A program made the translations under genes and the position numbers. A DNA stretch of 63,972 nucleotides, the filler included, from Circinaria calcarea (Eukaryota): assembly GCA_051942165.1 (NCBI GenBank). It is 5 parts of 5 records of this genome, joined end to end, with 100 filler letters (N's around TTAATTAATTAA, not from the genome) between each part and the next. Parts side by side here need not be neighbours in the genome. Positions count along the whole stretch, not along the records: positions 51,272 to 63,972 come from JAVECS010000548.1; 4 more parts are not named here. The stretch is one strand, 5' to 3'. This document shows, one piece after another, positions 59,853-63,972 of this stretch. Each line of letters begins with the position of its first letter. Within the stretch, counting starts at the first letter, position 1. Under the pieces are notes generated by a model. It had not been told where the DNA came from and did not search any database. It saw only the letters and a list, made by a program, of their open reading frames with translations.

Positions 59853-60966
59853 TTATTTACCGCAGATCGCTCTGACAGTGGGGGCTTGTTTCTGGAGGAC
59901 GTCAAGAATCTCATTCCATGCCTTGGCTTGCATCCGTTTGCCCTCGGTGCTGGTACACATAACCCCCGGCCTACCAATGAAGTCAACAAGAATTCCCTTT
60001 TCTTCAATCGAATGCAATAACTTACTCTGTGAATACATCGTTTGTCCAAAACTTGCCATGACCATCCTTGCCTAGGAGTGTTGCACTGACTAATGACCGA
60101 CTTCCTTCTTCTGCTGATCGGCCGTAGTACATTTGCATTACTTTGGTAGGCCAGACGATGTACCAGGGCCATTCCCGCCCAAGGTCGCTTTTACAAAATC
60201 CTGGGCATGCGACATTGACAGCGACCTTCAGAATTCCAGCTGGGTCCATAGAGCTTTCGAGTAGACCTTGCATAATATACATACCCAGGAGCTTGATAAC
60301 ACCATACGACTTTCGTTGGTCGAAAAATTCTGGCTTGTTAATCTTCTCTAACAGCCCCTCACCCGTATCAAGTATTAAATCTGTAGACTCGATCTCTTGG
60401 TGCGCAATGCTCCCCGTAAATGTCAGTTGTGAGGGTCTTTTGATCGCAGCAGCTGTCTGTCGGAGCTTAGGCATGAGTAGGATCGCAAGCAACGCGGTTG
60501 AAAGAACATTAACCTGCAAGGCCATTTCCCAGCCTTCGGAGCTGAGGACATATTGATAGGCAGCGATACCGGCATTCAGAAGAGCAATATCGAGCCGGTC
60601 GACTTCGATCTCAAGCGCAGCGACGAACGTTTTAACCGAAGCATAGCTGGTCATGTCAACTTGCATGACCGTGATGCTCTCCGGCTTACATTCCGTGGCC
60701 TGGACAATTTGGTCCTTGGCAGCCTCACCCTTCGAAACTGTACGCACGGCAAGAATCAACTTTTGCGCCCCAAGGGCTGCAAACTTAAGAGCAGCTTGGA
60801 ATCCGAGACCAGTGTTCGATCCCGTCACCAAGACCACCTTTCCGGCAATGGATATCTTAGGATCCATTGGGGGATTTTTGGCTGCCCAGCGGGCCTTTGC
60901 CATCTTTTCAACCCCAGGCGGAGGCCCAGAACCTATCAGGCTCGATACCTCGTGGGCTGTAGCCAT
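59853..60966 (-). CDS. Short-chain dehydrogenase/reductase (retinol-dehydrogenase-like)
   Basis: TGSNTGLG, LNAG, YGVIK (YxxxK), CPGFCKSDL. One 3' intron; ends RAICGK-TAA at 59853. Confidence 0.92.
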
Positions 60967-61120
60967 TTTATTTCCCGAGGTTGTTGGAATCAATTCGAAT
61001 GTAGGTGGAGGAATTTTGATCCCTGGAAAAGTAGTCAGAAATAGTCGTTTTGTCTTCGTGACGGCGATAGTGCTTTTTTTGCTTAATAGTTTGTTACTTT
61101 GTTATATGAGGCTGGTGGAG

Positions 61121-61200
61121 GAGAGGAGCGTAGAGGGGGGAAGACACGAGCGTAAAGGGGGGGAAGAGATGAGCGTAAAGGGGTGGAAGAGATGAGCGTA
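61121..61200. repeat. Purine-rich ~22-bp tandem repeat (GAGCGTAAAGGGGGGGAAGAGAT), about 3.5 copies
   Basis: GAGCGTA recurs at 61126, 61148, 61171 and 61194. Confidence 0.8.
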
Positions 61201-61788
61201 GGTCGAACTGATCGCTGTCGTGCTACGCGGCCTTTTTACCCTAAAATGCTTACTCTACCTTCGTGTTGCCGGAGACATGTTAGGCACATGGCCCCTGAAA
61301 GCGGACATGGAGGGAATATCATCAGAATTAGGTTCCAATCCTTTTTCGGGAGCTTAATATCCGAATTCCGAAGGCGCTGGCTGGCATGGCTGACAGCTTA
61401 CGTAAAGGGTCACGGTATAGTTAGGCGATGAGCGATGGTTGCGGGAGATCTGACCACCCGGTCCGACTTACTCCTTGAGGCCAAGCCATAGCGTCTAAAG
61501 CTAGTACCCAGTACCGGGTGGTCAGAATGCCCGAGTGGCCAAAATGCTAGCACGTGGCTGCTTCTACCTTTGTTTGGACCGCAGCGGGTACGCGTACTCT
61601 CGGGTACCACGTTGCATGTGGCGTTAAAATCCCTCACCATTCCTCCGTACTAATGCACCGTGGCTGCAGGGAAATTGTTGTTGACAGGCTTCGCAGAGTC
61701 GATTAAATTATCACGTATGGAAACCAGTCAACTCCCGAGAATCTGCAGATCGTAATAACAGCACCTTCCCCTGCGACCATGGTACAAT

Positions 61789-63543
61789 CTATTGGACATC
61801 GCTTCCCCCGTCTACAGCACCCATGCACTCGAATGTACCCCCACGCACCTGCAAACTCTCCGTCCATCCTACGCAGCGCCAACAACTGAGCAACGAGTGT
61901 GGATCGTATTGCTTTTTCAAGCTTAACAGTGCCGGATAATTATCACCCCACCATGCATCTTGCCAATCCACCGTCCATGGATCCGCCTCGTTTGCATACG
62001 CGCCGCTCCGTGGTGCCAGCTCCTCCAGCCTCGAGGTCAGGCCTTTGACTGTCTGGACAGCAGCCTGCTTTTCCTTCACTGTACTGTTCCACGCCCATTC
62101 GGTGCTCGTCACGATAAGCCAAGGGCTATCGCGCCAAGCCGTTGTTGCGGAGGTAGAGTTGACGGTGTATTTATGAAGAAAGGGTGCGGTTGCAAATATC
62201 GTGGGCGCGAAACCTGCAGCGACAAGGTCGACAAGGTATTTTCGTACCGCCGCTTGGCCGGTTGTGGTGTTCAAGAGACTTGTTTGAATAAGGCGATTAG
62301 TAGGTAAACTGGCAATACCGACACCGACGTTGCCAGTGGGTACGATATACTTCTCGTAGAGTGTGTACCAGTTGGGTTGGGCTTCGATAATGACGGTGCC
62401 GTTTTGGGATGTGGCATAAGCGGCGACGGTAGCCATCGACGATCTAGCAGCTGTGAGGTTTAGGTAAGGATTAACGCTGGCGATGAAATTTGGACTCATC
62501 GGCCCACCCCATCCCTCTGCAGCCCAAGTGATTGAGTTTTTGGTAAGCAGTTCAGAGAATGCAGCCGTGTTGCTAGACGTTGCTGGGAAGGAGATGTATG
62601 CGAGAATGACAGGAAGCACAGGCTCGACTTTACTCGTCGATTCGAGTACAACACCATAAGTACCGCCACCGCCACCACGCAAAGCCCAGAAAAGTTCTTG
62701 GTTGGTGCAAGCATTTGCTGTGCGGAGAACACCATCCGGCGTGACGATTCTGAATTCGAGGACTCGATCAATTCCGAGGCCGTACTGAGACGTAAGGAGA
62801 CCATGCCCTCCATTCATCACCCAACCACCAGAAGCACCAACTGTCGGGGAAGAGCCGCCGACGTATGTAACATTGTTATCATTAGCGAAGCGATAGACTT
62901 CGTCAAAATTGACACCTGCGCCCATCGTGATAGCATTATACTTATCATGAGCGCTGCAGCCGGCGGGAACAAATGCAGTATCATGGCGGAGATCCCTCAA
63001 TTGGCGTGTCCAAAGAGCGAGGGAATTTCGGAGGCTACTTCGAGTTTGATAATCATGGCCGCTGTTCTTGATGCTAAGCGTGGTACCAGTTTCCCTGGCC
63101 CATGTAAAAGCGGCCCGGACATCACGCGCTTCTTTGATTTCGATGTAGTACGAGGATACACTGCCTTGACTGCAGGTCGTATTGGTGAACGCCTCCGCAT
63201 TGGTGGGGTTCGCAGGGTCAAGTAAGCATTGTTCGGTCGCTGCAGGTTGTATCGAGGGGCACACTTCGTCCTGATTGTGCATGAAGCCGCTGTAGAACTC
63301 CGTACGGTATTTGCCCGACCCGTAATTACTCTGGACTGCAGCACAGATCTCGGGACTAGGCTGTATAAACTGGCCATGATAATTCGAGAAACATGGCAGA
63401 GAGAACGGTCGTGCCTTGTAAAGACGACCTTGGACGGTGCGATTTAGAGATTGCCAGCTGGCAGCTGTAGGATAACCTGCGATAACGTTCATGAAATAAA
63501 GGAAACATGTTAAACGAACGCAAAGTAGCTTCCAAACGAGCAT
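61789..63543 (-). CDS. FAD-linked oxidoreductase, berberine-bridge-enzyme/VAO family, with signal peptide
   Basis: KNSGHDY (flavinylated His), VGASGGWVMNGGHG, LFWALRGGGG, BBE tail GAYANEAD...GDNYPALLSLKKQYDP. Confidence 0.93.
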   Translation of the reverse strand: MLVWKLLCVRLTCFLYFMNVIAGYPTAASWQSLNRTVQGRLYKARPFSLPCFSNYHGQFIQPSPEICAAVQSNYGSGKYRTEFYSGFMHNQDEVCPSIQPAATEQCLLDPANPTNAEAFTNTTCSQGSVSSYYIEIKEARDVRAAFTWARETGTTLSIKNSGHDYQTRSSLRNSLALWTRQLRDLRHDTAFVPAGCSAHDKYNAITMGAGVNFDEVYRFANDNNVTYVGGSSPTVGASGGWVMNGGHGLLTSQYGLGIDRVLEFRIVTPDGVLRTANACTNQELFWALRGGGGGTYGVVLESTSKVEPVLPVILAYISFPATSSNTAAFSELLTKNSITWAAEGWGGPMSPNFIASVNPYLNLTAARSSMATVAAYATSQNGTVIIEAQPNWYTLYEKYIVPTGNVGVGIASLPTNRLIQTSLLNTTTGQAAVRKYLVDLVAAGFAPTIFATAPFLHKYTVNSTSATTAWRDSPWLIVTSTEWAWNSTVKEKQAAVQTVKGLTSRLEELAPRSGAYANEADPWTVDWQDAWWGDNYPALLSLKKQYDPHSLLSCWRCVGWTESLQVRGGTFECMGAVDGGSDVQ

Positions 63544-63765
63544 GTTGATAGAAATATTATGTATTTATTTATAAAATCTCTAGTTCCAGGAATAAAATTT
63601 TTGAATGACAGACATATATGTTTGAGGAGAACGGCTGAAGATGTTCGGAGAGCTTGGCTTATTTCTTGTCCTCGTGGCTTATTATTATAATCCTTCATCT
63701 ATTAATAAGGGTAAGGATTTGGAACGGGAATGCCGATCGGCTCGGCGATAACCTCTTTGAACTCG

Positions 63766-63821
63766 TCCAGCACAAAGCGGCAGAGACCTCAGCTCCAGCA
63801 CGAAGCGGCAAAGACCTCAGC
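63766..63821. repeat. 28-bp tandem duplication (26/28 identical)
   Basis: tccagcacaaagcggcagagacctcagc / tccagcacgaagcggcaaagacctcagc. Confidence 0.85.
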
Positions 63822-63972
63822 TGTCAGCATTAAATTGGAAGAGGGTGGAGTGATAGGTCCTATTATCCCGGACTTGGCAGGTAAGAAACTCAGATAATTC
63901 TTCATCGGGCCACGCGACAGAGAGATCAATAACGTGGCTGATCTGCTTTCTCACCTCCATCCCTCCCCCGGC

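Noticed and set aside
51272..63972. Contig 5 genes as the missing gsfK/gsfR part of the griseofulvin cluster
   Set aside because: The contig is unlinked, and an aminotransferase and a BBE oxidase are not part of the griseofulvin pathway.

Overview
This is filamentous ascomycete (Pezizomycotina) DNA with spliceosomal introns. It is not one locus. Five contigs (1-12729, 12830-25554, 25655-38367, 38468-51171, 51272-63972; lengths 12729, 12725, 12713, 12704, 12701, i.e. size-sorted) are joined by artificial 100-nt N44-TTAATTAATTAA-N44 linkers, so nothing can be inferred across them. Contig 1 carries the TOM1/HUWE1 HECT E3 ligase (5'-partial) and a PRPP synthetase (3'-partial). Contig 2 has a TAGCA-based satellite followed by an intact six-gene block matching the griseofulvin tailoring genes gsfG-F-E-D-C-B. 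The PKS and halogenase are not on this contig, and re-annotating gsfG reveals a hidden bZIP-basic first exon (a basic region plus ankyrin, 'bANK', regulator). Contig 3 carries an RGD2-like RhoGAP, an M19 dipeptidase and ECM29. Contig 4 holds two diverged but intact Ty3/gypsy chromoviruses fused head-to-head, with both 5' LTRs reduced to a 67-bp junction, forming a palindrome with ~5-kb arms. The copy with its 3' end in the window carries an antisense ORF for a small Zn2Cys6/coiled-coil/acidic-tail protein, a 9-bp-phased GATC array in U3, a self-priming PBS, and Gag Cys/His modules whose copy number differs between the two elements. Contig 5 is a secondary-metabolite fragment (P450, class IV aminotransferase with a non-canonical GG donor, Zn2Cys6 TF, SDR, BBE-like FAD oxidase) resembling modules that make 2-amino fatty acids for NRPS products. 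All family assignments come from motif and sequence recognition; no searches were run.
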